From NCBI GenBank assembly GCA_046046455.1, contig JBJOJS010000066.1:64861-128860 (forward strand): a stretch of 64,000 nt of DNA. Reading direction: 5' to 3'. Positions 40,967 through 49,608 of the stretch are shown piece by piece. The notes under the pieces were generated by a model. The model was given only the letters and a program-made list of their open reading frames with translations. It ran no database searches and was not told the DNA's origin. The translations under genes were made by a program, and so were the position numbers. Numbering within the stretch: position 1 is the first letter of the stretch; each line of letters starts with the position of its first letter. The stretch is from Actinomycetota bacterium (GTDB lineage Bacteria > Actinomycetota > Actinomycetes > S36-B12).

Positions 40967-41373
40967 GGCAGTCGGACGATGGCCCAGGCGTTGCCCAGGA
41001 CCTTCTGGCCCTCGTACGTCGCCGTGAGCATGACCTTGGCGCGGCCGCCCTCGAGCAGCTCGGTCACCTCGCCAGATACCTCGATGGTCGAGCCGGCATC
41101 GTCGTCGGCGACGGGCACGGGGCGCGTGAAGCGCACGGCGTACTCCTCGAGTCGACCCGGATCCCCGAGCCAATCGGTGACCACGCGAGCGGCTTCCGCC
41201 ATGGTGAACATGCCGTGCGCGATGACGTCGGGCAGGCCGACCGAGCGGGCGAAGCGCTCGTTCCAGTGAATGAGGTTGAAGTCACCGGAGGCGCCGGCGT
41301 AGCGCACGAGGTCGAAGCGCGTCACGCGGAAAGTCTGCGGCGGCAGAGCCGTGCCGACGTCAATCGCGCTCAT
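40963..41373 (-). CDS. MaoC-like (R)-specific hydratase/dehydratase, HadB-like subunit
   Basis: 136 aa. The hot-dog fold motif is YAGASGDFNLIHWNERFARSVGLPDVIAHGMF. 4-nt overlaps link it to both neighbours. Confidence 0.88.
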   Translation of the reverse strand: MSAIDVGTALPPQTFRVTRFDLVRYAGASGDFNLIHWNERFARSVGLPDVIAHGMFTMAEAARVVTDWLGDPGRLEEYAVRFTRPVPVADDDAGSTIEVSGEVTELLEGGRAKVMLTATYEGQKVLGNAWAIVRLP

Positions 41374-41807
41374 GCGGACTCCTCAGCGGTGCCGCGGGCA
41401 ACGATGACCGTCGTCGTGGTGACGACGTGCTCACCGGCTTCGGTCGCGAGATCGACGCGCGTGGTGAGGATGTCGTTACCGGCCACAGCGCGGATCGCCT
41501 CGATGGTTGCGGTCGCGACGAGGGCGTCCCCCGCCACGATCGGGCGCGAGTACGCGAAGCGCTGTTCACCGTGGACGACACGGGAGTAGTCGAGACCGAG
41601 CTCAGGGTCCATCGCCGCCTGGCTGGAGCCGGCGTACGCGATCACGAAGGCGAAGGTAGGCGGTGCGACGACATCGGAGTAGCCGAGGGCCTGGGCGGCC
41701 GCGATGTCGTGGTACGCCGGATTGGCATCGCCGATCGCGGTGGCGAACTCGCGCACCTTCTCGCGACCGACGACGTACGGACTCGTGGGCGGATAGGTCC
41801 GTCCCAC
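41370..41807 (-). CDS. MaoC-like dehydratase N-terminal-type (HadA-like) subunit
   Basis: ORF 41370..41861. VGRTYPPTSPYVVGREKVREFATAIGDANPAYHD resembles HadA-type subunits. The start is ambiguous: GTG 41807 clears rpmG; CTG 41828 follows AAGGAG and overlaps the rpmG stop; GTG 41861 would overlap rpmG by 37 nt. Confidence 0.8.
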   Translation of the reverse strand: MGRTYPPTSPYVVGREKVREFATAIGDANPAYHDIAAAQALGYSDVVAPPTFAFVIAYAGSSQAAMDPELGLDYSRVVHGEQRFAYSRPIVAGDALVATATIEAIRAVAGNDILTTRVDLATEAGEHVVTTTTVIVARGTAEESA

Positions 41808-41824
41808 GAGCGCCGCATTGAGGG

Positions 41825-41995
41825 TCAGCGCGTCTCCTTGTGCATGGTGTGCTTGTTGCACGTCGGGCAGAACTTCGACACCTCGAGACGATCCGGGTCG
41901 TTGCGACGGTTCTTCTTGGTGATGTAGTTACGGTTCTTGCAGTCCTCGCAGGCCATGGTGATCTTCGGCCGAACGTCGGATGACTTGCTAGCCAC
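41825..41995 (-). CDS. rpmG: 50S ribosomal protein L33
   Basis: ORF 41825..42118. Start set at GTG 41995, preceded by AGGAGG: (M)[55 protein letters not shown]. It is 56 aa and the zinc-ribbon form (CxxC...CxxC). Confidence 0.95.
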   Translation of the reverse strand: MASKSSDVRPKITMACEDCKNRNYITKKNRRNDPDRLEVSKFCPTCNKHTMHKETR

Positions 41996-42087
41996 GGGGC
42001 CCTCCTGTTGTACGGACGCCGGGGCGCCCTCGGTGCGGCTTGCGCCGCATGTGCGACTCGCGTCGCGTGTGCGGCTTGCGCCGCGTC

Positions 42088-42161
42088 GTAGCGGAGGCCG
42101 GACTTGAACCGGCGACACAGCGATTATGAGCCGCTTGCTCTACCAGGCTGAGCTACTCCGC
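42088..42161 (-). tRNA. metT: tRNA-Met (anticodon CAT), elongator type
   Basis: Manual fold of GGCGGAGTAGCTCAGCCTGGTAGAGCAAGCGGCTCATAATCGCTGTGTCGCCGGTTCAAGTCCGGCCTCCGCTA. The anticodon stem lacks the three consecutive G-C pairs of an initiator tRNA. A tRNA-Ile2 (lysidine) identity cannot be formally excluded. Confidence 0.88.
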
Positions 42162-42195
42162 CCCTGGTGGATCGGGTCCTGGCACGGACCCGGCC

Positions 42196-42268
42196 GAGCC
42201 CCTTTACGGAATCGAACCGTAGACCTTCTCCTTACCATGGAGACGCTCTGCCGACTGAGCTAAAGGGG
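42196..42268 (-). tRNA. thrT: tRNA-Thr (anticodon GGT)
   Basis: Manual fold of GCCCCTTTAGCTCAGTCGGCAGAGCGTCTCCATGGTAAGGAGAAGGTCTACGGTTCGATTCCGTAAAGGGGCT. The tRNA-Thr/tRNA-Met/rpmG order is conserved in actinobacteria. Confidence 0.92.
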
Positions 42269-42374
42269 CGCGCGAGCGTGAGCCCGCAGCCCGGGAAGCG
42301 TACACGGGACCCCGGCTCCGCCCCCAATCGAGGTCCGGCTGGCGACCGGCCGCCGGGGCCGCTTCACTGGACGC

Positions 42375-43304
42375 ATGAGCGACAAGTGGACCGCGGCCGA
42401 TATCCCCGACCAGACGGGGCGCCGGGCCATCGTCACGGGCGCCAATTCGGGCCTGGGCTTCGAGACGGCCCTCGCGCTCGCGGCGCACGGGGCAGAGGTC
42501 ACCCTGGCCGTGCGCGACACGGCCAAGGGTGAAGCCGCGGCGGAGCAGATCCGCACCCGGGTGCCCCAGGCATCCCTCGAGGTACGCCGCCTCGACCTGG
42601 CCGATCTCGCGTCGATCGACGAATTCGCCTGGCTCTGGCGCGAGGCCCATCCCGGCGGACTGGACCTGCTCATCAACAACGCCGGGATCATGGCGATCCC
42701 CCGCCGCGAGACGGCCGACGGCTTCGAGATGCAGCTCGGCACCAATCACCTCGGGCACTTCGCGCTCACCGGGCGCCTCCTCGAGGCGATCCGGCCCGAC
42801 GGGCGCATCGTGACGGTGTCGTCACAGGCTCACCGGATGGGCCGCATGGACTTCGACGACCTCATGGGCAAGCGCAAGTACGGCTCGTGGCGCGCCTACG
42901 GCCAGAGCAAACTCGCCAACCTGCTCTTCATGCGTTCCCTCGCGGAGCGCCTCGAGCGGGCGGGGTCGACGGTCATGTCCATCGGCGCGCACCCCGGATA
43001 CGCCAGCACCCACCTCCAGGCCGTCGGCCCTGAGATGCGCGGCCAGGGGTGGATGAATTCCGTCATGGGGGGCCTCAACAAGGTCCTCGCGCAGAGTGCC
43101 GCGATGGGAGCACTCCCCACGCTCTATGCCGCGACGTTCCCGGCGATCCGCAGCGGTGACTATGTCGGCCCGGATGGATTCGGCGAGCAGCGCGGCCACC
43201 CCAAGCTGGTCGGGATGACGGCTTCCGCCCGCGACGACGCCGTGGCCAGCCGGCTCTGGACGGTGAGCGAGGATCTCACCGGAGTGCGCTACCTCGACGA
43301 CTAG
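42375..43304 (+). CDS. Short-chain dehydrogenase/reductase (SDR) family oxidoreductase
   Basis: 309 aa. It carries the Rossmann motif [13 protein letters not shown], and the catalytic YGQSK motif. Confidence 0.9.
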   Translation: MSDKWTAADIPDQTGRRAIVTGANSGLGFETALALAAHGAEVTLAVRDTAKGEAAAEQIRTRVPQASLEVRRLDLADLASIDEFAWLWREAHPGGLDLLINNAGIMAIPRRETADGFEMQLGTNHLGHFALTGRLLEAIRPDGRIVTVSSQAHRMGRMDFDDLMGKRKYGSWRAYGQSKLANLLFMRSLAERLERAGSTVMSIGAHPGYASTHLQAVGPEMRGQGWMNSVMGGLNKVLAQSAAMGALPTLYAATFPAIRSGDYVGPDGFGEQRGHPKLVGMTASARDDAVASRLWTVSEDLTGVRYLDD

Positions 43305-44461
43305 TCGATCGCGGGGTTGATGACGACCTTGAGGCTCTCGGGGCTCATCGAAGTGTGCAGGGCGAGGTCGGCGTCGGCGAGCCCGAACTCGTGACTCACG
43401 AACTCCTCGAAGGGGTAGCGGTCGGCGTACCGCTCGAGCAGCCGCAGCGCCGGGCCGTAGCCGGTCGAGGGATGGTTGGTGAGACCGATCAGGCGGATGT
43501 TCTTGCTGCAGATGTGACGGTGGACATTCACGGTGATCTCGCCGGTGTCGGCGAAGTTGCCCATCTCCAGCATCATGCCGCCGCGCTTGAGCATCTCGAT
43601 GCCCTCGACGAAGGACGCCGGGGTGTTGGCCATGTAGAGCACTACGTCGGCACCGCGTCCGTGAGTCAGCTTCTTGACTTCCGCGATCCGCTCTTCGGGG
43701 GAGGTCGTCATGACATTGAGCGTGACCTCTGCGCCGCATCGCTGGGCGAAGGCGAGGCGATGCTCGGACAGGTCAGTGGCGATGATCTGGCCCGCGCCCA
43801 TCATGTCGGCCTTGGCGATGTGCAATAGGCCGAGCGGCCCCGCGCCGATGACCACGACCGTGTCAGCGGAGTTGAAGCCCTCCATGGCGTAGGAGGAGAA
43901 CTCCTTGACCTTGTCCAGTGATGCCGTGCAGGCCATGAGCTCGGCGAGTACGGCGACGCGCGCGGACAGGCCACTGGGCACCTTGTAAACGAAGGTGTCG
44001 GGACGCAGGTACATGTGCTCGGCCATACCGCCGAAGAGATGCGGGGCCACAGCCGAGGTCAGCGAGTTGCCGTAGGCGACGCTGTTTTCGCACCAGACGT
44101 AACCCATGACGTGCTTGCACTCGTAGCAGCGGCCGCACACGACATCGGGGCACATGGTCACGCGGTCGCCTACCTTGAGCGGCTTGCCGTAGAACTCCAG
44201 TCCCTCGGCTGCACCGGGGCCGAGCTCGGAGATGACGCCGACGTTCTCGTGGCCCTGGATGATGGGGAACGGCGTATCGCACTCCGCCGGCGTCCCGACG
44301 TACTGCTTCGTCTCACCCATGTACGTGTGCTTGTCGGTCCCACAGATGCCGGCCATCTCCATCTGCATCAGGGCGGATCCCTCGATCAGCGTCGGCCACG
44401 GGAAGGACTGCACCTCGTAGCGACCCGGGGCGGTGAGGACGGCAGCCTGGATGTCGGTCAT
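43301..44461 (-). CDS. Zinc-dependent medium-chain alcohol dehydrogenase family protein
   Basis: 386 aa. GICGTDKH and GHENVG are catalytic-zinc motifs, CGRCYECK is the structural-zinc motif, and VIGAGPLG is the NAD-binding motif. Its 3' end overlaps the SDR gene by 4 nt in convergent orientation. Confidence 0.9.
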   Translation of the reverse strand: MTDIQAAVLTAPGRYEVQSFPWPTLIEGSALMQMEMAGICGTDKHTYMGETKQYVGTPAECDTPFPIIQGHENVGVISELGPGAAEGLEFYGKPLKVGDRVTMCPDVVCGRCYECKHVMGYVWCENSVAYGNSLTSAVAPHLFGGMAEHMYLRPDTFVYKVPSGLSARVAVLAELMACTASLDKVKEFSSYAMEGFNSADTVVVIGAGPLGLLHIAKADMMGAGQIIATDLSEHRLAFAQRCGAEVTLNVMTTSPEERIAEVKKLTHGRGADVVLYMANTPASFVEGIEMLKRGGMMLEMGNFADTGEITVNVHRHICSKNIRLIGLTNHPSTGYGPALRLLERYADRYPFEEFVSHEFGLADADLALHTSMSPESLKVVINPAID

Positions 44462-44492
44462 GTGCTCACGCTAGGCGCGAAGTGACTCCCTG

Positions 44493-45221
44493 TCAGGCAG
44501 TAAGCCCCCCCCCCGACGTCACCGTGGCGTCGCCTGCGACGAGGACGAAGCACACGCTCTCGAGACTGCCGTCCCCACTGATGGCCAGGCAGGTTGCCAC
44601 GTCGGCGCGGGTCACGGTGCCATCCGCACGCCGGACGATGTGGCGAGCCGTCCACTCGCGGACCCCGCTGGCGACGAGCACCTGCACTGCCTCGAGCGCT
44701 GACGCATGGTCGTTCCACGGGTGCGTCGCCACGATCGGGAAGTAGCACCCCACCAGCCGACGATCGTCGTAGCCGAGGACACCCGATCCCCCGGGACGCA
44801 CCTCCCTCACGCGGAGTTGAGCGTCGGTCAGCACCTCTACGGCCCCCGGATGACCGCGCAGGATCTCGCATGAGCGCGCAGGTGCGCTCGCGGTCAGTCT
44901 CGGGTAGTCGCTACCGGGGTCGAAGCGGTAGCCCACTCCTCTCACCGTGCGGATGTATCGAGGGTGCAGGCCGGACTCGCCGAGCTTGTGGCGCAGTTTG
45001 CTCACATGCACGGCGAGGTTGTTCTCATCGCCGAACCACCCATCGCCCCAAATCGCCCTGATGAGTTCTTCGTCGGTGAAGACCTGGCGGGGGCGAGAGA
45101 CCAGAGTGCTCAAGATCTGAAACTCCGTGCGGGTGAGGTCGAGGACTCTGCCGTCCAGCCTCGCCTCCCAGGCCAACACGTCGATGACCAAGTCTCCGAA
45201 TGTCGCCTGGAAGTCACGCAT
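44493..45221 (-). CDS. One-component regulator: N-terminal OmpR/PhoB-type winged-helix DNA-binding domain plus C-terminal PAS-like domain
   Basis: ORF 44493..45257; ATG 45221 is preferred, with GAGGGGGG upstream. LTRTEFQILSTLVSRPRQVFTDEELIRAIWG...NLAVHVSKLRHKLG...IRTVRGVGYRF is a Trans_reg_C signature. No receiver domain is present. The PAS assignment of the C-terminal 130 aa is tentative. Confidence 0.8.
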   Translation of the reverse strand: MRDFQATFGDLVIDVLAWEARLDGRVLDLTRTEFQILSTLVSRPRQVFTDEELIRAIWGDGWFGDENNLAVHVSKLRHKLGESGLHPRYIRTVRGVGYRFDPGSDYPRLTASAPARSCEILRGHPGAVEVLTDAQLRVREVRPGGSGVLGYDDRRLVGCYFPIVATHPWNDHASALEAVQVLVASGVREWTARHIVRRADGTVTRADVATCLAISGDGSLESVCFVLVAGDATVTSGGGLTA

Positions 45222-45406
45222 CCGTCGCCCCCCTCTGACGTTTCGATCCCATGCCAAGCGGACCGCGCGCGGTCACTTGGGGGGCACCGAACGCTGTTGG
45301 CCAGCATGCTGCCACGCATCAATGTCGACCACAAAAGTTGCGATGCCGTTGATGTCTCAATGTGCGCTAAAGCGAACGCCGGGAACGCAGTGGTCTCAGT
45401 CGAGGA

Positions 45407-46492
45407 TCAATCCATCCGGGCGAGATAGCCCAGAGCCCACGTGCCATCGGGCAGACGCGCCCAGCCCGCATCCGGCAGCGCGCTGATCGGAAGAACTGAC
45501 GGGCCGTCCTCAATGAACCCCGCGGCATCGCCGACGAAGGGCAGGCCAGCAGACGCACCCCTGGAGACAAGCAGTCTCGTACGACCATCCGCCAGGCACG
45601 CCGAACTCCACGGGAAGGCAGGGCCTAGGCCGGGAGGCATGGGCTGCTCGATGAAGTTCCGCCCATCGCTCGAGGCCGCGAAGACGGGCCCCTCGGGGGA
45701 ATTCACCCACATCAGCCACGAGCCGGCGCAGTGGGCGACCGTAGGGTCGTAGACCATCGTGCCGCGGTCGAGCCGGGGGCCAGGATCGACGACGAAGCGC
45801 ACGCCGAGAGCGGATCCGGGGCTGGAGGTGGCTGAGTAGATCTGGGATCGGCCGGGGGATCCGACCGGCTGCATCCAGAAGAGACGGATGCTCCCATCCG
45901 ACATCACCACGGCGCTCGGGTCGACGCCGTTGGCCCCGCCCACATCCGTCTGGAATCCCTCGACCGCGACCCGGAAGTACGCCCACCGGCCCGCGTCATC
46001 GCGGATACCGACCGCCATCACGTTGCCCTGGGCCCAGCTGACGAAGTAAGCGAGCAGCCTTCCGTCGGGCAGTGCGACGAGATTGGGTACGCCGGCCTGG
46101 TCGATGAGCGAAGGAGAGATCGCGAACGACGTACCGTCGACCGATGGGCTGACCGCCATACCGGTCGACCAGGGACCGCCCTCCTTCGCATCCGCAGGTG
46201 CTGGCCGCGCCACGCCGCGCGTTGCGGGGAAAGCAAGCGAGGCGATCTCCGCGTCGTTGCTCGGGCTGGGAGTGGGGCTCGGAGTAGGCGCGGTTCGGGG
46301 TTTGCGCACCCACACCGGCCCCGCGCCCTTCTTCTTCGTGCAGGTGAAGATCCACTGGTTCGTGACGACCTGCTTGCCCACCTTGGCGCACGGAGCACCG
46401 GCCTTGGGAGCAGCCTCCGCCGGAGAGGCGAGGCTGAAGCCGAGACCTACCAGCACGAGGCCCATGACGGCGACACTGGCGGCGCGTTGCAT
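45407..46492 (-). CDS. Secreted protein with Asp-box (BNR-like) repeats, probable beta-propeller
   Basis: 361 aa. It has a signal peptide (MQRAASVAVMGLVLVGLGFSLASPAEA|AP), a small two-Cys module and a TPSPTPSPS linker. Three SxDGxxF-type motifs follow (SVDGTSF, MSDGSIRLFW, SSDGRNF). Confidence 0.75.
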   Translation of the reverse strand: MQRAASVAVMGLVLVGLGFSLASPAEAAPKAGAPCAKVGKQVVTNQWIFTCTKKKGAGPVWVRKPRTAPTPSPTPSPSNDAEIASLAFPATRGVARPAPADAKEGGPWSTGMAVSPSVDGTSFAISPSLIDQAGVPNLVALPDGRLLAYFVSWAQGNVMAVGIRDDAGRWAYFRVAVEGFQTDVGGANGVDPSAVVMSDGSIRLFWMQPVGSPGRSQIYSATSSPGSALGVRFVVDPGPRLDRGTMVYDPTVAHCAGSWLMWVNSPEGPVFAASSDGRNFIEQPMPPGLGPAFPWSSACLADGRTRLLVSRGASAGLPFVGDAAGFIEDGPSVLPISALPDAGWARLPDGTWALGYLARMD

Positions 46493-46531
46493 CGGCTGAG
46501 TCTAGGGACTGGGATTCGAGTGAAGCCCAAA

Positions 46532-46569
46532 GTGACTGATCCCCCCACACGAGTGGGGGGATCAGTCAC
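46532..46569 (-). terminator. Perfect 17-bp stem / 4-nt loop hairpin 3 nt downstream of tRNA-Tyr
   Basis: gtgactgatccccccac acga gtggggggatcagtcac. On the minus strand it is followed by TTTGGG. Confidence 0.7.
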
Positions 46570-46572
46570 ACG

Positions 46573-46653
46573 TGGCAGGTAGAGGATTCGAACCTCTGTA
46601 GCTTTCGCGACGGATTTACAGTCCGCTCCCATTGGCCGCTCGGGCAACCTGCC
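46573..46653 (-). tRNA. tyrT: tRNA-Tyr (anticodon GTA), long variable arm
   Basis: Manual fold of GGCAGGTTGCCCGAGCGGCCAATGGGAGCGGACTGTAAATCCGTCGCGAAAGCTACAGAGGTTCGAATCCTCTACCTGCCA. The final A is the discriminator; CCA is not encoded. Confidence 0.92.
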
Positions 46654-46926
46654 AGGGCGCCCTATCGTAGACGGAGGCCGCCCAGGCCTGACGCGGGCCT
46701 CAGCGCCGGGTGAAGTCGAAGCGCAGCCCCTGGTCGGGGCTGGAGCTCACGTAGGAGAACACCAGGCGGTCCCCGCCCGGGCGGCGAGCGGAGTCGCAAG
46801 CGCCTGCGCTCCGACGAACATGGCAAGAGTGCGCGAACGACGTGACACGGAGACCTCCCCAACGGGCCTTGGCCCCATGGACATTGCCCCTACGGGCATG
46901 GTCCCGCAGCCGAGACCGGAACGACC

Positions 46927-48444
46927 TCAACCAGAGGATGTCGAGAGCATCCGCGTCATGGCTCGCTCCGCGAGCGCCGTGATCGTAAGACTGGGATTGA
47001 CGCCGAGGTTGCCCGGCACGGCGGATCCGTCGACGACGTACATCCCCGGATAGCCGAAGACTTCGTGATCCCCCGAGATCACCGCCTCCTCGGGCGCGGT
47101 ACCGATGGGAGCACCGCCGAGGATGTGCGCGGTCGTCGACAGATCGAAGAGCGTCTCCTGCAGGGAGCCGTACGCGCGGCCGCCACTGGCGCGGGCCACC
47201 GCGCGAGCCGTCGCACTCCCCTGGGGGAGGCACGTGGGCGTACGTCGCTGGCCGGGAGCCAGGGCGGAGCGCAGCCGCCATCCCAGCGGCGTGGATGCGT
47301 ACTCGAGCCGGAGCTCGGACTCCGCATGCTGCATCACCGTGAGGATGGTCGCGCGGCGATTCCACCTGCGGTCGACCGCCTGTCCCGCGATATCCGGGAG
47401 CGCTCGCGCGTACGCACCCGCGAGAGCGCGGCGACGGCGTCGGGGATCGGGATCGTCGACGAGCGGGCTCACGAAGAAGCGCATGAAGGCGTAGGAGTCG
47501 GGGAAGCGATTGTTCGTCACGTGCGTCTCGGTGTCGGGCCACAGGTCGCTGGAGATGGTCGGACCGTCCATGAGGTCCGGCCCACCCGGTGGCTGGACGA
47601 TGACCGCGAAGGACTCGCTGTTGGTGCACACACGAGACCCGAGCGCGGGCGAGAGCGCCGGGAGCGTGCCGTGGCGGTCGCGGCAGGCGAGGAGCAACTC
47701 GGTCGTGCCGAGAACGCCGGCCCCGAGGATCACCCGCCGGGCAAGGACCTCGCGCCGTGCCGCCCGGCCCAGGGTCGGTCCGACCGTGACGCGGTAGCCA
47801 CCTCCGACGACGGGCTCGATTCGATGGGCTCGGGTGAGGGGCCACACGCGCGCGCCCAAGCGCTCGGCAGCCGCGAGGTACGTTGCGCCGGTCGTGAACT
47901 TCGCGTCGGTGGGACAGCCGCTGATGCACTGTCCACAGCGCGTGCACGCATCGAAGTCGATGCCCTGACGTGCAGGCCCGAAGGTCTGGCTGACCCCGAG
48001 CTCGCCTGCGGCCGCGCGCAGCCAGTCGTCCTGGAGGCCGTGCACGGGAGTCCGCGTCGCGCCGAGCCAGGATTCCGCCGTGTCGTAGTGCGCGGCGAGG
48101 TCTGCTCCACTGTCGATACCGGCCGCCTTCCAGCCCGCTGCGCGGAAGGTCTCCTCCGGTGCGCGCAGGTGGACCGCGGCGTACACGAGGCTGCCGCCAC
48201 CGACCCCGACGCCGGAAGCGATGAAGGCGTGGCGCAGAGCGGTCTGCCGCAGGGGACCGGTGCGACCCAGCACAGGAGCCCACAGCAGCGACGACGTCCG
48301 CCGACCGGCGGCGTCGAGGTCATCCGGTGTGAAGCGACGCCCCTGCTCGACGACGAGCACGCTGGCGCCCGTCTCCGCCAGGCGAAGGGCGGCCACGGAA
48401 GCCCCGAAGCCACTGCCGATGACGACGGCATCCCACCTGCGCAC
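46927..48444 (-). CDS. GMC family FAD-dependent oxidoreductase (cholesterol oxidase-like)
   Basis: 505 aa. The N-terminal FAD motif is DAVVIGSGFGASVAALRLAE. The C-terminal GMC motif is HILGGAPIG...VVDGSAVPGNLGVNPSLTITALAERA. Confidence 0.88.
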   Translation of the reverse strand: MRRWDAVVIGSGFGASVAALRLAETGASVLVVEQGRRFTPDDLDAAGRRTSSLLWAPVLGRTGPLRQTALRHAFIASGVGVGGGSLVYAAVHLRAPEETFRAAGWKAAGIDSGADLAAHYDTAESWLGATRTPVHGLQDDWLRAAAGELGVSQTFGPARQGIDFDACTRCGQCISGCPTDAKFTTGATYLAAAERLGARVWPLTRAHRIEPVVGGGYRVTVGPTLGRAARREVLARRVILGAGVLGTTELLLACRDRHGTLPALSPALGSRVCTNSESFAVIVQPPGGPDLMDGPTISSDLWPDTETHVTNNRFPDSYAFMRFFVSPLVDDPDPRRRRRALAGAYARALPDIAGQAVDRRWNRRATILTVMQHAESELRLEYASTPLGWRLRSALAPGQRRTPTCLPQGSATARAVARASGGRAYGSLQETLFDLSTTAHILGGAPIGTAPEEAVISGDHEVFGYPGMYVVDGSAVPGNLGVNPSLTITALAERAMTRMLSTSSG

Positions 48445-48453
48445 GGTGCGACC

Positions 48454-49092
48454 CTAGAACCGGCCCAGGGTGCGCGCGTCGGTGACGGCATGGAGAAGTC
48501 CTGCGGCCACGGGCACCGTGTCGTCGAACGCCGAGGCCGACACCGGCACGCCGATGAACGCCGCGCCGGCGTCCAGGGCCGCCGCGCGGTCCCACGTCGA
48601 ATCGCCGATCATGACGCACTCCCTCACGGCGACGCCGAGGCGTTCGGCAGCGGCGACGACCCCCGCACCCGAGGGCTTGGCGGGGATGTGCGGGTCGCGG
48701 CCGACGATGACGTCGATGCGTACGCCGTGGTGCGCCAAGACCGCGCGCGCGACATCCTCGGGGAGCAAGGTCACCACAGCGCGAGGGTCACCCGCCACGG
48801 CATCATCGAGTCGATCGAGCCCGGGCATGGCCAGCGACATCGGGATGGCTGCGTGCTCATGCACCGCCACGGCGCGCGAAGCTGATTCCCAGCGGTCATC
48901 TCCGGCGAGCGCCACGAGAATCGCCATCGTCGACAGCGTGGGGGCATCCCAATCGGCATCGGGCACCGCAGCGCCCACACCGTCGCCCACGAGCGCGGTG
49001 AGGTCACGCAGGGCCGCGGCGTAGTCCGTGAAGGACTGCAGGTCGACCAGGGTGCGGTCGAGGTCGAAGATCCAGGCCTGAGGCGAGGGCAT
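48454..49092 (-). CDS. HAD-superfamily hydrolase
   Basis: ORF 48454..49107. Motif I is [11 protein letters not shown], and the motif IV-like sequence is [20 protein letters not shown] 49092 is preferred; GTG 49107 is possible. Confidence 0.82.
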   Translation of the reverse strand: MPSPQAWIFDLDRTLVDLQSFTDYAAALRDLTALVGDGVGAAVPDADWDAPTLSTMAILVALAGDDRWESASRAVAVHEHAAIPMSLAMPGLDRLDDAVAGDPRAVVTLLPEDVARAVLAHHGVRIDVIVGRDPHIPAKPSGAGVVAAAERLGVAVRECVMIGDSTWDRAAALDAGAAFIGVPVSASAFDDTVPVAAGLLHAVTDARTLGRF

Positions 49093-49116
49093 GACGCCAT
49101 GGTCCACAATGTCGCC

Positions 49117-49608
49117 ATGGCCGACAACAGTTTCGACATCGTCTCCAAGCTCGATCGCGCTGAGATCGACAATGCCGTCAATCAGACGGCCAAGGAGCTC
49201 GCCCAGCGCTTCGACTTCAAGGGCACGGGCGCCCAGGTGGAGTTCAAGGGCGAGATGACGATCGAACTCGAGGCCGAGACCGAGGATCGCGTCCGCGCGG
49301 CCCTCGAGGTGCTCAAGGAGAAGCTGGTCAAGCGCGGCATCAGCCTCAAGGTCCTCGGCGCTGGCGACCCACGTTCATCGGGCCGACTCCACAAGATCAC
49401 CTGCCAGCTCAAGGAAGGCATCAGCCAGGAGCAGGCCAAGAAGCTCGCGAAACTCATCCGCGACGAAGGACCCAAGAAGGTCAAGACGCAGGTGCAGGGC
49501 GACGAGTTGCGCGTCTCGAGCCCCAGTCGCGACGACCTCCAGGAGGTCATCGCGCTGGTCAAGGACGCCGATCTCGACTTCCCGGTGCAGTTCGTCAACT
49601 ACCGCTGA
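49117..49608 (+). CDS. yajQ: YajQ family nucleotide (cyclic di-GMP)-binding protein
   Basis: ORF 49099..49608. [36 protein letters not shown] matches YajQ/UPF0234 N-termini, so ATG 49117 is preferred. Confidence 0.9.
   Translation: MADNSFDIVSKLDRAEIDNAVNQTAKELAQRFDFKGTGAQVEFKGEMTIELEAETEDRVRAALEVLKEKLVKRGISLKVLGAGDPRSSGRLHKITCQLKEGISQEQAKKLAKLIRDEGPKKVKTQVQGDELRVSSPSRDDLQEVIALVKDADLDFPVQFVNYR

Noticed and set aside
42269-46572. tRNA-flanked accessory pocket (SDR, Zn-dehydrogenase, regulator, secreted propeller) as a possible genomic island
   Set aside because: It has no integrase, recombinase or transposase, and no direct repeat of a tRNA 3' end. Base composition and codon style are indistinguishable by eye from the flanking core. 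It is more likely ordinary variable chromosome content.
46700-48283. 527-aa minus-strand ORF overlapping the GMC oxidoreductase in another frame
   Set aside because: The GMC frame (46927..48444) carries clear FAD-binding and GMC C-terminal motifs. The alternative frame is Arg/Pro/Gly-rich with no motifs. Only its extreme 3' tail (46700-46770) is mentioned in the small-ORF finding.
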